Below, one piece after another: positions 35,125 through 44,690 of a stretch of 64,000 bases of DNA. The stretch comes from an uncultured Candidatus Saccharibacteria bacterium. Lineage in GTDB: Bacteria > Patescibacteriota > Minisyncoccia > Phycocordibacterales > Zambryskibacteraceae. Where the stretch lies: assembly GCA_964355645.1 (NCBI GenBank), contig CAYHDI010000002.1, forward strand, positions 11,452 to 75,451, in the 5' to 3' direction. Positions within the stretch are counted from its first letter, which is position 1. Each line of letters starts with the position of its first letter. The position numbers and the translations under genes are program-made. The notes beneath the pieces are model-generated. The model made no database searches, had not been told where the DNA came from, and saw only the letters and a program-made list of their open reading frames with translations.

Positions 35125-36672
35125 CTATTTGGTCACCTTGATTATCTCTTCAAACATATCGCCTGGAGCAATTTCAATTTTCGATTCAATCATCGCGCCG
35201 AATTCACTACCTTCGGATACTTTGTCTACATCAACTTTATTTATCTGAAGCTCCTTCACTACTCCCTTACTTATTTCTTCTTCTCGTCTAGAAATTCTCA
35301 CTTGACCTCCAACCTTGATTGTCCCCGAGAGGACTCGGGCTCCCAACACTTGCTTGTCTTTGGTGGCACTAAAAATTTTTAAAACTTTCGCACTTCCACT
35401 AACTTCTTCGACCTCGATTCGAGGTTCGTGTTCGTTCAAAAGTTCTGTGATTCGCTCGGTCAATTTATAAATCACGTCGAATGATTCGATGTTTACACCC
35501 GAGCGTTCGGCGAGCGCGCGAGCCTGCGCATCAATTTTTGTGTGGAAAGCGAAGATGATGGTGCCGGGCATAGTCATAGCTGAATGGATATCATTTTCTC
35601 CGACAGTTCCTACCGCTTCGAGGATGATTTGAGGCACGATGCGCTCCTTCGAAAGTTTTTTAATCTCATAAACAATTGCTTCTAGACTTCCGGACACATC
35701 GGCTTTTATAATGATTGGTAGGGTAGACATATCTTCATCAATCTTCTGATTCTTTTTGCACTTGGCATTCTTGTTCGCTTCGCTTAGGGCATAAAATTCA
35801 GCTGCTTTTTTGTTTTCGAAAGTCTCGAAGACTGCTCCGACTGGGGGCATGAAATTCCAGCCAACAATTTGTACTGGGCTTGAGAACGAAAGTGATTCTT
35901 GTTCATTTCCATTTGAATCCAAAATAAATCGAATAGGAGCGATGGCTCCCACTGAAGCAGCGACCATGCCTTTCTTCACTGTTCCATCCTTAATTATTCC
36001 GACCGTAGTGATGCCTCTTTTTGAATCGAGGTGACTTTCGACGATAATGCCCATACCCCATCTTTCGCTGTGGCCCACGAATCGCTCAATGTCTGCGACG
36101 AGAAGTATCATGTCTAGAAGTTCTCTAATCCCTTCACCGGTTTTGGCCGAAGTTAGGACAATAGGAACATCACCGCCGTAGCCTTCCACATAAATTCCGT
36201 TCTCAGCGAGAGACTGCTTGACCATTTCAACATTCGCGCTCGGCTTATCAATCTTGGTAACCGCAATAATGAAAGGGAGTTCGGCTTCTTTGATTTTTGA
36301 ATAAGCCTCGAGAGTTTGATGTTTGACTGCGTCTTCGGCCGAGACCACGAGCACCGCAATATCTGCCACGTTCGCTCCGCGTGCCCGAATTCCTTTGAAA
36401 GCTTCGTGTCCGGGAGTATCGAGGAAAGTAATCTTCGCTTTCACACCATTTTCTCTTGAATGTTCTACTTCATATACACTGACGTGTTGGGTAATCCCGC
36501 CGGCTTCGCCTTCGACCACCTTTGTCTTTCGAATAAAGTCTAGGAGAGTCGACTTTCCATGATCAATATGACCCATGACGGCGACCACAGGGGCTCGTGT
36601 TTCATCATCGTTTGTATGAATAGAATCAATCATAGGTGGCCATACCTTATCATATTTTAGTTGCAAAAACAC
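35125..36672 (-). CDS. infB: translation initiation factor IF-2 (short form lacking the N-terminal domains)
   Basis: The G-domain is [17 protein letters not shown]...DTPGHEAF... The protein is 515 aa. Confidence 0.9.
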   Translation of the reverse strand: MFLQLKYDKVWPPMIDSIHTNDDETRAPVVAVMGHIDHGKSTLLDFIRKTKVVEGEAGGITQHVSVYEVEHSRENGVKAKITFLDTPGHEAFKGIRARGANVADIAVLVVSAEDAVKHQTLEAYSKIKEAELPFIIAVTKIDKPSANVEMVKQSLAENGIYVEGYGGDVPIVLTSAKTGEGIRELLDMILLVADIERFVGHSERWGMGIIVESHLDSKRGITTVGIIKDGTVKKGMVAASVGAIAPIRFILDSNGNEQESLSFSSPVQIVGWNFMPPVGAVFETFENKKAAEFYALSEANKNAKCKKNQKIDEDMSTLPIIIKADVSGSLEAIVYEIKKLSKERIVPQIILEAVGTVGENDIHSAMTMPGTIIFAFHTKIDAQARALAERSGVNIESFDVIYKLTERITELLNEHEPRIEVEEVSGSAKVLKIFSATKDKQVLGARVLSGTIKVGGQVRISRREEEISKGVVKELQINKVDVDKVSEGSEFGAMIESKIEIAPGDMFEEIIKVTK

Positions 36673-36694
36673 GGCTTAACACTAGAATGTGGTG

Positions 36695-37831
36695 ATGAAT
36701 CTTTTTTCTAAAAAACGAATCAATCTTGACTATGCGTCAGGGGGAGAGAATCCTTCGGCGATTTATAAGGAAGGGGTTGAGGTGAAGAGAAAATTAGAAA
36801 CCGCGCGAACAAAAATCGCTCGAGTCTTGGGCGTGCAATCAAGAGACATCATTTTCACTTCGGGCGGGACAGAATCAAACAACCTTGCTCTGCTTGGAGT
36901 TTTCAATGCGGTTAAAACACCGAGTGTTTGGAATCCCTTAACACTCGGTGTTGAAAGACCACATTTTATTATTTCTTCTCTTGAACATTCAGCCATTACA
37001 GAATGTGCTGAAGAGATTGTCCGTCGAGGTGGTGATGTGACCATTGTTTCCGCAGATGAAACAGGTCGAGTGAATCCTCAAGAAGTTTTAAAAAATATCA
37101 AACCGAATACCGTTCTCGTTTCTATTGTTTATGCGAGCAATGAAATAGGCACTATTCAACCAATTCACAAAATCTCACGTTTAATAAACGAATACAAAAA
37201 AGAACACGAAACGAACTTTCCTTATTTTCATACGGATGCCAGTCAAGCAGGGAAATATCTATCACTTCAAATTTCTTCACTCGGTGTAGACCTTATGACT
37301 CTCGATGCTTCGAAAGTTGAGGGGCCAAAAGGTTCCGGGCTTCTCGTTGTTCGCCCGAATGTAAATGTGGCACCAATAATTTTTGGTGGGGGACAAGAAA
37401 GAGGTTTGAGATCCGGAACTGAAAATGTCGAAGCCATTGTTCAATTCGCCGAAGCTCTCGAATCAGCTCAAAACAATCGAACGAAAGAATCCGAACGACT
37501 TTTTAAACTTCGAGATTATTTTATTGAGGAAATTTCAAAAAACTTTCCGAGAGCAACAATAAATGGAGGGGCAGCCACCGCCTCTCGCGGGGTCCCGCCT
37601 TCGGCGGTGAAAGAAACCTTGCCGAATATTGTGAGTATCACTTTTCCTAAACAACTGGCTGAATTTATGGCTATAAAGCTCGATCAAAACGGAATAATGG
37701 TTTCAGTTGGAAGTTCTTGCGATTCGAACAAAAGAGAATTAGAGAAGGAAGCCATTCGGTTTTCGTTCGGAGAGAAAACCACTCCCAAGGATCTTGAAAA
37801 AACAATTTATATTTTGAAGAAAATGTGCTAG
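36695..37831 (+). CDS. cysteine desulfurase (class V aminotransferase, IscS/NifS-like)
   Basis: It carries FTSGGTESNN and C-terminal ...SVGSSCDS. The ATG at 36695 lies 6 nt after TAGAAT. Confidence 0.75.
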   Translation: MNLFSKKRINLDYASGGENPSAIYKEGVEVKRKLETARTKIARVLGVQSRDIIFTSGGTESNNLALLGVFNAVKTPSVWNPLTLGVERPHFIISSLEHSAITECAEEIVRRGGDVTIVSADETGRVNPQEVLKNIKPNTVLVSIVYASNEIGTIQPIHKISRLINEYKKEHETNFPYFHTDASQAGKYLSLQISSLGVDLMTLDASKVEGPKGSGLLVVRPNVNVAPIIFGGGQERGLRSGTENVEAIVQFAEALESAQNNRTKESERLFKLRDYFIEEISKNFPRATINGGAATASRGVPPSAVKETLPNIVSITFPKQLAEFMAIKLDQNGIMVSVGSSCDSNKRELEKEAIRFSFGEKTTPKDLEKTIYILKKMC

Positions 37832-37840
37832 GATAGCGCC

Positions 37841-38668
37841 ATGACAACCATGGAAGACCTAACGAAGACACAGATTATTCTCCTCACGCTTCTTATAAGC
37901 TTTGTGACTTCAATTGCCACAGGGATTATCACCACCTCACTTCTCGCAGAAGCTCCGGCCGGCGTGACTCAAACTATCAACCGCGTAGTTGAACGCACTA
38001 TAGAGAAAGTGAGTCCTTCTGCAAACGGGGGCTCTTCGACCAAGGAAGTCACTATCATAAACGAAGATGATGCTATCACCTCGGCTATAACCAAAGCCTT
38101 GCCCGCAGTGGTTCGTATTTCTGCACCGGTAGTCGCAGACGGTTCAAGAGAATTTTATGGATTGGGAATTGTAGTTTCTAAATCAGGTCTTGTTTTGAGT
38201 GATAAACATTCTCTAGTCTTAAATACGATTTATAGTATTACTCTTCCTGATGGGACTACCTTGCCTGCCACCATTGTTCATATCAATGATGTGGATAATA
38301 TCGTCACTTTCCAAATTCAGCCGGACTCTACGCACAACAATAATTTTTCTTCTATAACCATTGCCCAAAACAACCTTAAACTCGGCCAAACAGTCATCGG
38401 CATAGAAGGTAGAAACAAAAATTCAGTTCAAGTCGGCAGAGCTACCAGTCTCAATACTCGTTCCGCTCAAGATTCTAAGGGCAAAGATATTACCACGATT
38501 TATTCTGTAGAAACCGACATCCGAGGTTCGACCGAAGTTTCCGGGGCACCACTTCTCAATCTTTCTGGGGAATTGGTCGGTATCAAAGGTTCTCAAGTTG
38601 ACGCGACCCTTCTTTCTGGTGTATATATAACCCTTTCGCCGATTATTGATCTAATAAATTCGAAGTAG
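37841..38668 (+). CDS. membrane-anchored trypsin-like (S1/HtrA-like) serine protease without PDZ domain
   Basis: It has an N-terminal TM helix. A chymotrypsin-fold-like core ends in ...GSTEVSGAPLLNLSGELVGI, a degenerate GDSGGP-type motif. Confidence 0.4.
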   Translation: MTTMEDLTKTQIILLTLLISFVTSIATGIITTSLLAEAPAGVTQTINRVVERTIEKVSPSANGGSSTKEVTIINEDDAITSAITKALPAVVRISAPVVADGSREFYGLGIVVSKSGLVLSDKHSLVLNTIYSITLPDGTTLPATIVHINDVDNIVTFQIQPDSTHNNNFSSITIAQNNLKLGQTVIGIEGRNKNSVQVGRATSLNTRSAQDSKGKDITTIYSVETDIRGSTEVSGAPLLNLSGELVGIKGSQVDATLLSGVYITLSPIIDLINSK

Positions 38669-38671
38669 TCT

Positions 38672-41353
38672 ATGCCACCACTTCAACGCCTTACAACTAA
38701 AGCCAAAGAGGCCATAAGGAAAGCTCACGAATTGGCCATAGAACGTGGTCAAAACCACGTGAATCCGATGCATCTTTTGGCCGCGCTTCTTATTCAGGAT
38801 GAAAGCATGGTGGTTTCTGTGTTGGACAAAATGGAGGTGGACACAATTCTCCTCACTGATTCGGTTTTGGATTTTATTGAAAATCCCGAAACTTCGCAAA
38901 CACTTGCCCAAACATATCAAATCTATCTGACTCCAGAGTTGGCGCACATTATGGAATCAAGTGTGAAGGTGGCTGAATCAATCGGAGATGAGTTTGTGTC
39001 TACTGAGCATCTTTTCCTTTCAGTGCTTGATGTGCCGGGTGAAGCGCGAGATTTGCTTTTGAAATTTAAAATTGCTCACGAGAAAGTGGTGAAGGTAATA
39101 GAAGAACTTCGCAAATCAAATTCAACGGAACCGAAAACAGACAAAAAATTTAAATCGCTTTTGAAATATACCCGCAGTTTGACCAAGCTAGCCAAGGCGA
39201 ACAAACTCGACCCAGTCATTGGCCGAGATGAAGAAATCTCTCGTATTATTCAAATCCTTTCACGTCGTACGAAGAACAATCCGATTCTCATCGGAGAAGC
39301 CGGAGTGGGGAAGACGGCCATCGCCGAAGGCTTGGCTATTCTCATGGCGAACGGCAACGTACCCGAATCTTTAAAGGACAAAGAGCTTGTGTCTTTAGAC
39401 ATCGGACTTTTAATCGCGGGCACAAAGTACCGTGGGGAATTCGAAGAACGTTTAAAAAACATTATTAAGGAAATAGAAAAGTCTGAGGGCAAAATCATTT
39501 TGTTTATTGATGAGATACATACTATTGTTGGTGCGGGGGCAGGAGATGGGGGTTCACTTGATGCGTCGAATATGCTTAAGCCGTCGCTCGCTCGTGGAGA
39601 TTTGAGAGCTATCGGTGCCACGACTCTCAGAGAATATCAGAAACACATAGAAAAGGATCCGGCCCTTACCCGTCGTTTCCAACCGGTGTATGTGAACGAG
39701 CCTTCGATTGAGGATGCCATGACTATTCTCCGCGGTCTCAAGGAGCGCTACGAACTTTATCATGGGGTACGCATTACTGATGATGCCATCCGTTCAGCCG
39801 TTATTCTTTCTTCACGCTACATTACCGATCGATTTCTTCCAGACAAGGCCGTTGATCTCATAGACGAAGCTGCATCATTTTTGAAAATTTCTCTTGAGAA
39901 CATGCCCCCAGTTCTTCAAGATGCTCATTCGAAAATCATGAAGTTTGAAATAGAGAAAGAAGCGCTCAAGAAAGAAACAAAAAATATAAAATCCAAAGCA
40001 CGTATAAAAATTATAGACAAGGAAATCGCCGATCTGCGAGAGAAAACTTCAGAGCTAGAATTAAAATGGAAAAACGAGAAGGAAACAGTCAATCAAATAA
40101 AAGAAATCAAAAAATCTCTCGAGAGTCTGCGTCTTGAGGCTGAATCGGCTGAGGCGAAGTCCGATCTCGCTCTGGCTGCTGAACTTCGCTACGGCAAGAT
40201 TCCAACTTTAGAAAAAGATTTAGAAACAAAAAGCAAGAGATTGAAAAAGCTTCAGAGCTCACGTCGAATTTTGAAAGAAGAAATTACAGAATCTGATATT
40301 GCCGATGTAGTCAGTCGTTGGACTTCGATTCCTGTCTCGAGAATGCTCGAAGAAGAGGCCGAGAAGCTCTCGCGCATGGAAGAATATTTGCACAAACGAA
40401 TCGTGGGTCAGGATGAAGCGGTCAAGAAAATCTCCGAGACCATCAAGAGAAGTCGGGCAGGAATTTCTGATCCGAATCGTCCGATTGGTTCGTTCATGTT
40501 CCTTGGTCCAACTGGTGTAGGCAAGACCGAATTGACTAAAGCACTCGCCGAATTTATGTTTGATGATGAGAAATCTCTCATTCGGGTTGATATGTCTGAA
40601 TACATGGAGAAGCATTCGGTTTCCAAACTTATTGGTGCGCCTCCGGGCTACGTAGGATTTGATGAGGGAGGTACTTTCACTGAGATAGTTCGACACAGAC
40701 CGTATTCGGTTATTCTTTTTGATGAAATAGAGAAAGCTCATCCGGAAGTTTTTAATATCCTTCTGCAAGTTTTGGACAATGGGCGTTTGACTGACACCAA
40801 AGGTCGAGTAGTGAATTTCAAAAACACAGTCATCATCATGACCTCAAATATTGGAGCAGAATATATAGACAAGATGCAATCCATCGGATTTTCTAAAGGT
40901 GGAGACAAAGAGGATTATGAAAATGTGAAGGACAAAGTTACAGGGGCTTTAAAGAATTATTTCAGACCAGAATTCTTGAATCGTTTGGACGACACCATCA
41001 TCTTCGATGTACTTTCGAAGGAAGTGATTAAAACCATTGTGGAAATTCAGATTGAACAAATTAAAAAACGTTTGGAAGATAAAGAAATTGTCCTTGAAGT
41101 GACAGAAAAGGTGATAGAAGTGTTGGCCAAGGAAGGCTACAATCCGCAATACGGCGCGCGACCTTTGAAACGTTTGATTCAAACCAAGATTCTTAACCCT
41201 GTAGCTAATCTGATGATTGATCGCAAGGTTCTCATCGGCGGAACGGTCATTGTTGATTTCAAAGGCACTGAATTTTTGTTCGAAGTGATTAAGGGAAAAA
41301 AGACCAAGAGCCTCGGCCACAAATTGACGATACCCGAAAAACAGTTGAATTAA
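38672..41353 (+). CDS. clpB: ATP-dependent chaperone ClpB
   Basis: It has a Clp N-domain, two AAA+ modules (GEAGVGKTAIAEGLA; GPTGVGKTELTKALA) and a long middle coiled-coil M-domain. The protein is 893 aa. Confidence 0.9.
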   Translation: MPPLQRLTTKAKEAIRKAHELAIERGQNHVNPMHLLAALLIQDESMVVSVLDKMEVDTILLTDSVLDFIENPETSQTLAQTYQIYLTPELAHIMESSVKVAESIGDEFVSTEHLFLSVLDVPGEARDLLLKFKIAHEKVVKVIEELRKSNSTEPKTDKKFKSLLKYTRSLTKLAKANKLDPVIGRDEEISRIIQILSRRTKNNPILIGEAGVGKTAIAEGLAILMANGNVPESLKDKELVSLDIGLLIAGTKYRGEFEERLKNIIKEIEKSEGKIILFIDEIHTIVGAGAGDGGSLDASNMLKPSLARGDLRAIGATTLREYQKHIEKDPALTRRFQPVYVNEPSIEDAMTILRGLKERYELYHGVRITDDAIRSAVILSSRYITDRFLPDKAVDLIDEAASFLKISLENMPPVLQDAHSKIMKFEIEKEALKKETKNIKSKARIKIIDKEIADLREKTSELELKWKNEKETVNQIKEIKKSLESLRLEAESAEAKSDLALAAELRYGKIPTLEKDLETKSKRLKKLQSSRRILKEEITESDIADVVSRWTSIPVSRMLEEEAEKLSRMEEYLHKRIVGQDEAVKKISETIKRSRAGISDPNRPIGSFMFLGPTGVGKTELTKALAEFMFDDEKSLIRVDMSEYMEKHSVSKLIGAPPGYVGFDEGGTFTEIVRHRPYSVILFDEIEKAHPEVFNILLQVLDNGRLTDTKGRVVNFKNTVIIMTSNIGAEYIDKMQSIGFSKGGDKEDYENVKDKVTGALKNYFRPEFLNRLDDTIIFDVLSKEVIKTIVEIQIEQIKKRLEDKEIVLEVTEKVIEVLAKEGYNPQYGARPLKRLIQTKILNPVANLMIDRKVLIGGTVIVDFKGTEFLFEVIKGKKTKSLGHKLTIPEKQLN

Positions 41354-41439
41354 TGGTGCGCCGGGCAGGATTCGAACCTGCGTAGCCCGAAGGCGCCTGA
41401 TTTACAGTCAGGTACGATTGACCACTCCGTCACCGACGC
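41354..41439 (-). tRNA. tRNA-Tyr (anticodon GTA), CCA encoded
   Basis: The reverse complement is gcgtcggtgacggagtggtcaatcgtacctgactGTAaatcagg... with a long variable arm; the T-arm is ggttcgaatcc. Confidence 0.7.
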
Positions 41440-41504
41440 ATGTTGGACATATTAGTCCATTTTTCATATACTTGCAAAACCTTAATATAATAAATTCTAA
41501 ATTT

Positions 41505-41807
41505 ATGGACAAAGAACCAAAATTTAATTTTAACGAGGAATTACTTCAAGAATATAAAGGCAAACTGTGGACCCTGGTCGATAAGTTTGTTTCTGATGGC
41601 AGAGCAGATGAAATAGCTGTTTTACTCGCAAACAAAGGAAAAGAATTAAAAAACCTATACCCTCATGTCGAGAATTACGTTTTTTGGCATGTTCTAGCCG
41701 GTAGTACTATTTTTGATAATGCCATGATACATACTGAAGATTTTCCTGGAAATGATTCTGTGGCTTTGTTTATAGATGAACTTGCAAATTCTGAAGGTCT
41801 AGGGTAA
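41505..41807 (+). CDS. hypothetical protein (100 aa)
   Basis: The ORF starts at the internal ATG at 41505, because the upstream in-frame extension overlaps tRNA-Tyr. Confidence 0.3.
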   Translation: MDKEPKFNFNEELLQEYKGKLWTLVDKFVSDGRADEIAVLLANKGKELKNLYPHVENYVFWHVLAGSTIFDNAMIHTEDFPGNDSVALFIDELANSEGLG

Positions 41808-41818
41808 TCTTACAATCT

Positions 41819-41992
41819 ATGTCGCAGAACCATCTTATTAAATTGGTTTCAGTGGGAGATTCGAAAGGAGTAGGCAAAGGCCACACCTATTTTTCTCGCA
41901 AGAACAAGAAGTCCGTTGAAAGGAAAATCGAAGTGAAGAAATATAATCCGATAGCTCGAAAACATACGGTTTATAAGGAAAAGAAAGCCTAG
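41819..41992 (+). CDS. rpmG: 50S ribosomal protein L33 (57 aa; below the ORF-track cutoff)
   Basis: MSQNHLIKLVSVGDSKGVGKGHTYFSRKNKKSVERKIEVKKYNPIARKHTVYKEKKA matches the L33 pattern (IKL.S..GTG.FYTT.KNKR...KLE.KKYDP..RKHV.YKE). Confidence 0.75.
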   Translation: MSQNHLIKLVSVGDSKGVGKGHTYFSRKNKKSVERKIEVKKYNPIARKHTVYKEKKA

Positions 41993-42038
41993 ATAAAGAT
42001 TCGCTCTCGGGCGAGTTTTTTGTTAATATGGCTTCACT

Positions 42039-42112
42039 GGGCGATTAGTATAGTGGTAGTACAAGGCACTCCAAACGCCTTAGTGAGGGTTCGATTCCTT
42101 CATCGCCCGCCA
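42039..42112 (+). tRNA. tRNA-Trp (anticodon CCA), CCA encoded
   Basis: gggcgattagtatagtggtagtacaaggcactCCAaacgcct...gagggttcgattccttcatcgcccgcca. This is the classic rpmG-tRNA-Trp synteny. Confidence 0.65.
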
Positions 42113-42996
42113 AGTTTGGTTTGTGAATATTTTTCTATCTTTTTATATTCATTCGGAGCAAACCATTTAATCTTTTTGTTGCGTTTAAACCATGTCATCT
42201 GTCGTTTGGAATAATCCTTAATCGCAGAATAAAGTTGTTCCACGAATTCTTGTTTAGTGATTTTCTTTTGCAGTAGTCGAGCGAGATAACGATATTCAAG
42301 TCCGAGTGCTTCCATGCGTTTAAAACTCAAACCCTGCTTGTGCAAACGTTTGGCTTCACGAATCATTCCATCCAAACGCTTCAAAATTCTTTTGTAAATT
42401 CTTTTTTCTAAATCCCGCTTATTTGGTCTGATACCAATGAAAATGTATTCGTATTCTGCTTTCGACTTTATGACTTTAGGGACTTGGCCAAGGGTTTCCA
42501 CTATCTCCAACGCTCTAATAATCCTCACCTTATTTCTCGAATCAATCTCTTTAGCCCTTCTTGGATCTTTTTTCAAAAGCATGGTAAAGAGTTTTTCCTT
42601 GCTTAACTTATTCAACTTTCTCCTTAACCACTTATTGGGTGGCACCTCAGGCAAATTTATTTTTCCAATTAAAGTATCAATATAAAATCCAGTACCCCCA
42701 ACAATGATAGGGAGTTTCTTATTGTATACGATATATGATATATATTCTTCTGCGAGTTTTTTATAATCAGAGACAGAAAAATACTTTTTTGGATTAACCA
42801 CATCGAGCATGTAATGGGGGACGCCACGCATTTCTTTTTTAGTAATTTTCCCCGTGCCAATGTTTAATCCACGATAAACTTGTCTCGAATCAGCGGAGAT
42901 AATTTCTCCGTTGAATTTCTGTGCGAGCCGAATAGCCAAGTCGCTTTTCCCCGAAGCTGTGGGTCCGAGAATAACTAAAACCTTTTGCTTTTTCAT
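42100..42996 (-). CDS. miaA: tRNA dimethylallyltransferase
   Basis: It has the P-loop LVILGPTASGKSDLAI and ...ISADSRQVYRGLNIGTGK. Its last four codons overlap the tRNA-Trp 3' end on the opposite strand. Confidence 0.85.
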   Translation of the reverse strand: MKKQKVLVILGPTASGKSDLAIRLAQKFNGEIISADSRQVYRGLNIGTGKITKKEMRGVPHYMLDVVNPKKYFSVSDYKKLAEEYISYIVYNKKLPIIVGGTGFYIDTLIGKINLPEVPPNKWLRRKLNKLSKEKLFTMLLKKDPRRAKEIDSRNKVRIIRALEIVETLGQVPKVIKSKAEYEYIFIGIRPNKRDLEKRIYKRILKRLDGMIREAKRLHKQGLSFKRMEALGLEYRYLARLLQKKITKQEFVEQLYSAIKDYSKRQMTWFKRNKKIKWFAPNEYKKIEKYSQTKLGGR

Positions 42997-43569
42997 TTCT
43001 TTTCTAATCCAATTTCTTTTATAAAACTCAATGCGTTTTTATGAATACGAAATGTAAATTTCAATCTCTGTTTGTCCAGATTTAATTTTTGTTCTGAAAA
43101 TTTATAATTTAAATTTTTAAGCATTGTTTCTACACTATTTGCCAGACTTGGAATTTGAGTTACAAAATTCGCGGTTAGATACCCTCTATCCTTATATAGA
43201 ACCATCTGTCTCAAAAAGCCCGCATAGACAATGTTTACTTAGTTTTTTATTTATTAAAATCCATTTTGGCACTCGTACTGATTGTTTTAATTTTGGGCCA
43301 CCTTTTGCTTTCCATCCCAGTACTTTTTCCCAGTCGTTTGAATAGCAATAAATATCCATGGCCGTATCTTGGCGATTAATTCTGCCCACTTTGTTGTTTG
43401 GAGCAACTATATGTAATGCGCTCTCTATTTTTCTGATTAGATGTGGATATTTTGTGTCACAAGTTATACGTAATCTAACCGCTCTACCGTTGGGATTGCT
43501 CAGATTTCCGTCTCCAAGTGCTACACCAATAATGTAAGCGAGCTTGGGTTTATTGGAAGTATTTAGCAT
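42993..43569 (-). pseudogene. LAGLIDADG homing endonuclease, frameshifted into two ORFs (43192-43569 and 42993-43214)
   Basis: The N-terminal ORF has YIIGVALGDGNL ... GLFETDGSI, then a stop. The +1 frame continues with a C-terminal part homologous to the intact LAGLIDADG protein at 32838. The gene starts 2 nt after the tRNA-Leu(CAA) 3' end. Confidence 0.6.
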
Positions 43570-43571
43570 TG

Positions 43572-43654
43572 TGCCGGGGGGGAGACTTGAACTCCCATGA
43601 GCTTGCGCTCACAGCATTTTGAGTGCTGCATGTCTACCATTTCATCACCCCGGC
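43572..43654 (-). tRNA. tRNA-Leu (anticodon CAA)
   Basis: The reverse complement is gccggggtgatgaaatggtagacatgcagcactCAAaatgctg... with a long variable arm; the T-arm is gagttcaagtctc. Confidence 0.75.
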
Positions 43655-43709
43655 GTCTACCAACATATTAACAAGAATTTGATTTTAAACAATATGCTAC
43701 AATATTTAT

Positions 43710-44690
43710 ATGTCGCAATTCATCAATGATGCAATTTTCTGGATTGAGGTAGACAAAATACACCCAAACCCGTATCAACCTCGCCGAGAATTCGATCAAG
43801 TCCAGCTTCAATCTCTGGCTGATTCGATTCGACAATACGGAGTGCTCCAAGCCCTTACGGTGACGAGGAACGAGACGGAGAAACCCGAAGGAGGTGGATT
43901 GGCTGTTGAATACGAATTAATTTCCGGTGAACGACGTTTGCGCGCTGCGAAGCTCGCTGGATTGAAGCAAGTTCCCGCGATGATTCGCAGTGGAGAAGAG
44001 ACCGATCTCATGAAGCTTGAGCTTGCGATTATTGAGAATATTCAGCGCGAAGATTTGAATTCAGTGGACAGGGCGAGAGCCTTTGACCGATTGGCGAAAG
44101 AATTTGGTTTCAAACATGTGGAGATTGGGAAGAAGGTGGGGAAGAGTCGAGAGTATGTTTCAAATACTTTGCGTTTGTTGATGCTTCCTGCCCACATTCT
44201 TGATGCGCTTTCAGAAGGCAAAATTACCGAGGGTCATGCTCGACCTCTTATGATGCTTGTGGACAAACCAGAAGAACAAGATACTTTATTCAAAGAAATA
44301 ATGTTCAAGAAATTAAACGTGCGTGATGCCGAGGGTATCGCCCGACGGATTGCATTTGAGAAGGCTCGCAAGCAGATGGATCCGGAGCTTGTGGATCTCG
44401 AAGAGAAGCTGAAAGAATCACTCGGCACACGTGTAAGGATTGAGAAGCGAGATGAAGGAGGCAAAATTACGATCGATTTCTTTAATGCTGATGATTTGCA
44501 AACTTTGTTTGATATTTTGATGAAGAAAAAATCCGATGAAGCAGAAAATATTCAAAATTTAAATGCGTCTGATGCACCAGTGCTGACCGAAGAAGAGAAA
44601 ATAGAAATGAATGAAGGTAGTGAAGATGCGATGGAAAAACCTCTCGACGAAGACGAAGGCTTGTATTCGGTGACAAACTTTACAGTTTAA
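43710..44690 (+). CDS. parB: ParB/Spo0J-family partition protein
   Basis: The ParB N-domain reads LTVTRNE...YELISGERRLRAAKLAGLKQVPAMI. The ATG lies 6 nt after TACAAT. Confidence 0.8.
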   Translation: MSQFINDAIFWIEVDKIHPNPYQPRREFDQVQLQSLADSIRQYGVLQALTVTRNETEKPEGGGLAVEYELISGERRLRAAKLAGLKQVPAMIRSGEETDLMKLELAIIENIQREDLNSVDRARAFDRLAKEFGFKHVEIGKKVGKSREYVSNTLRLLMLPAHILDALSEGKITEGHARPLMMLVDKPEEQDTLFKEIMFKKLNVRDAEGIARRIAFEKARKQMDPELVDLEEKLKESLGTRVRIEKRDEGGKITIDFFNADDLQTLFDILMKKKSDEAENIQNLNASDAPVLTEEEKIEMNEGSEDAMEKPLDEDEGLYSVTNFTV

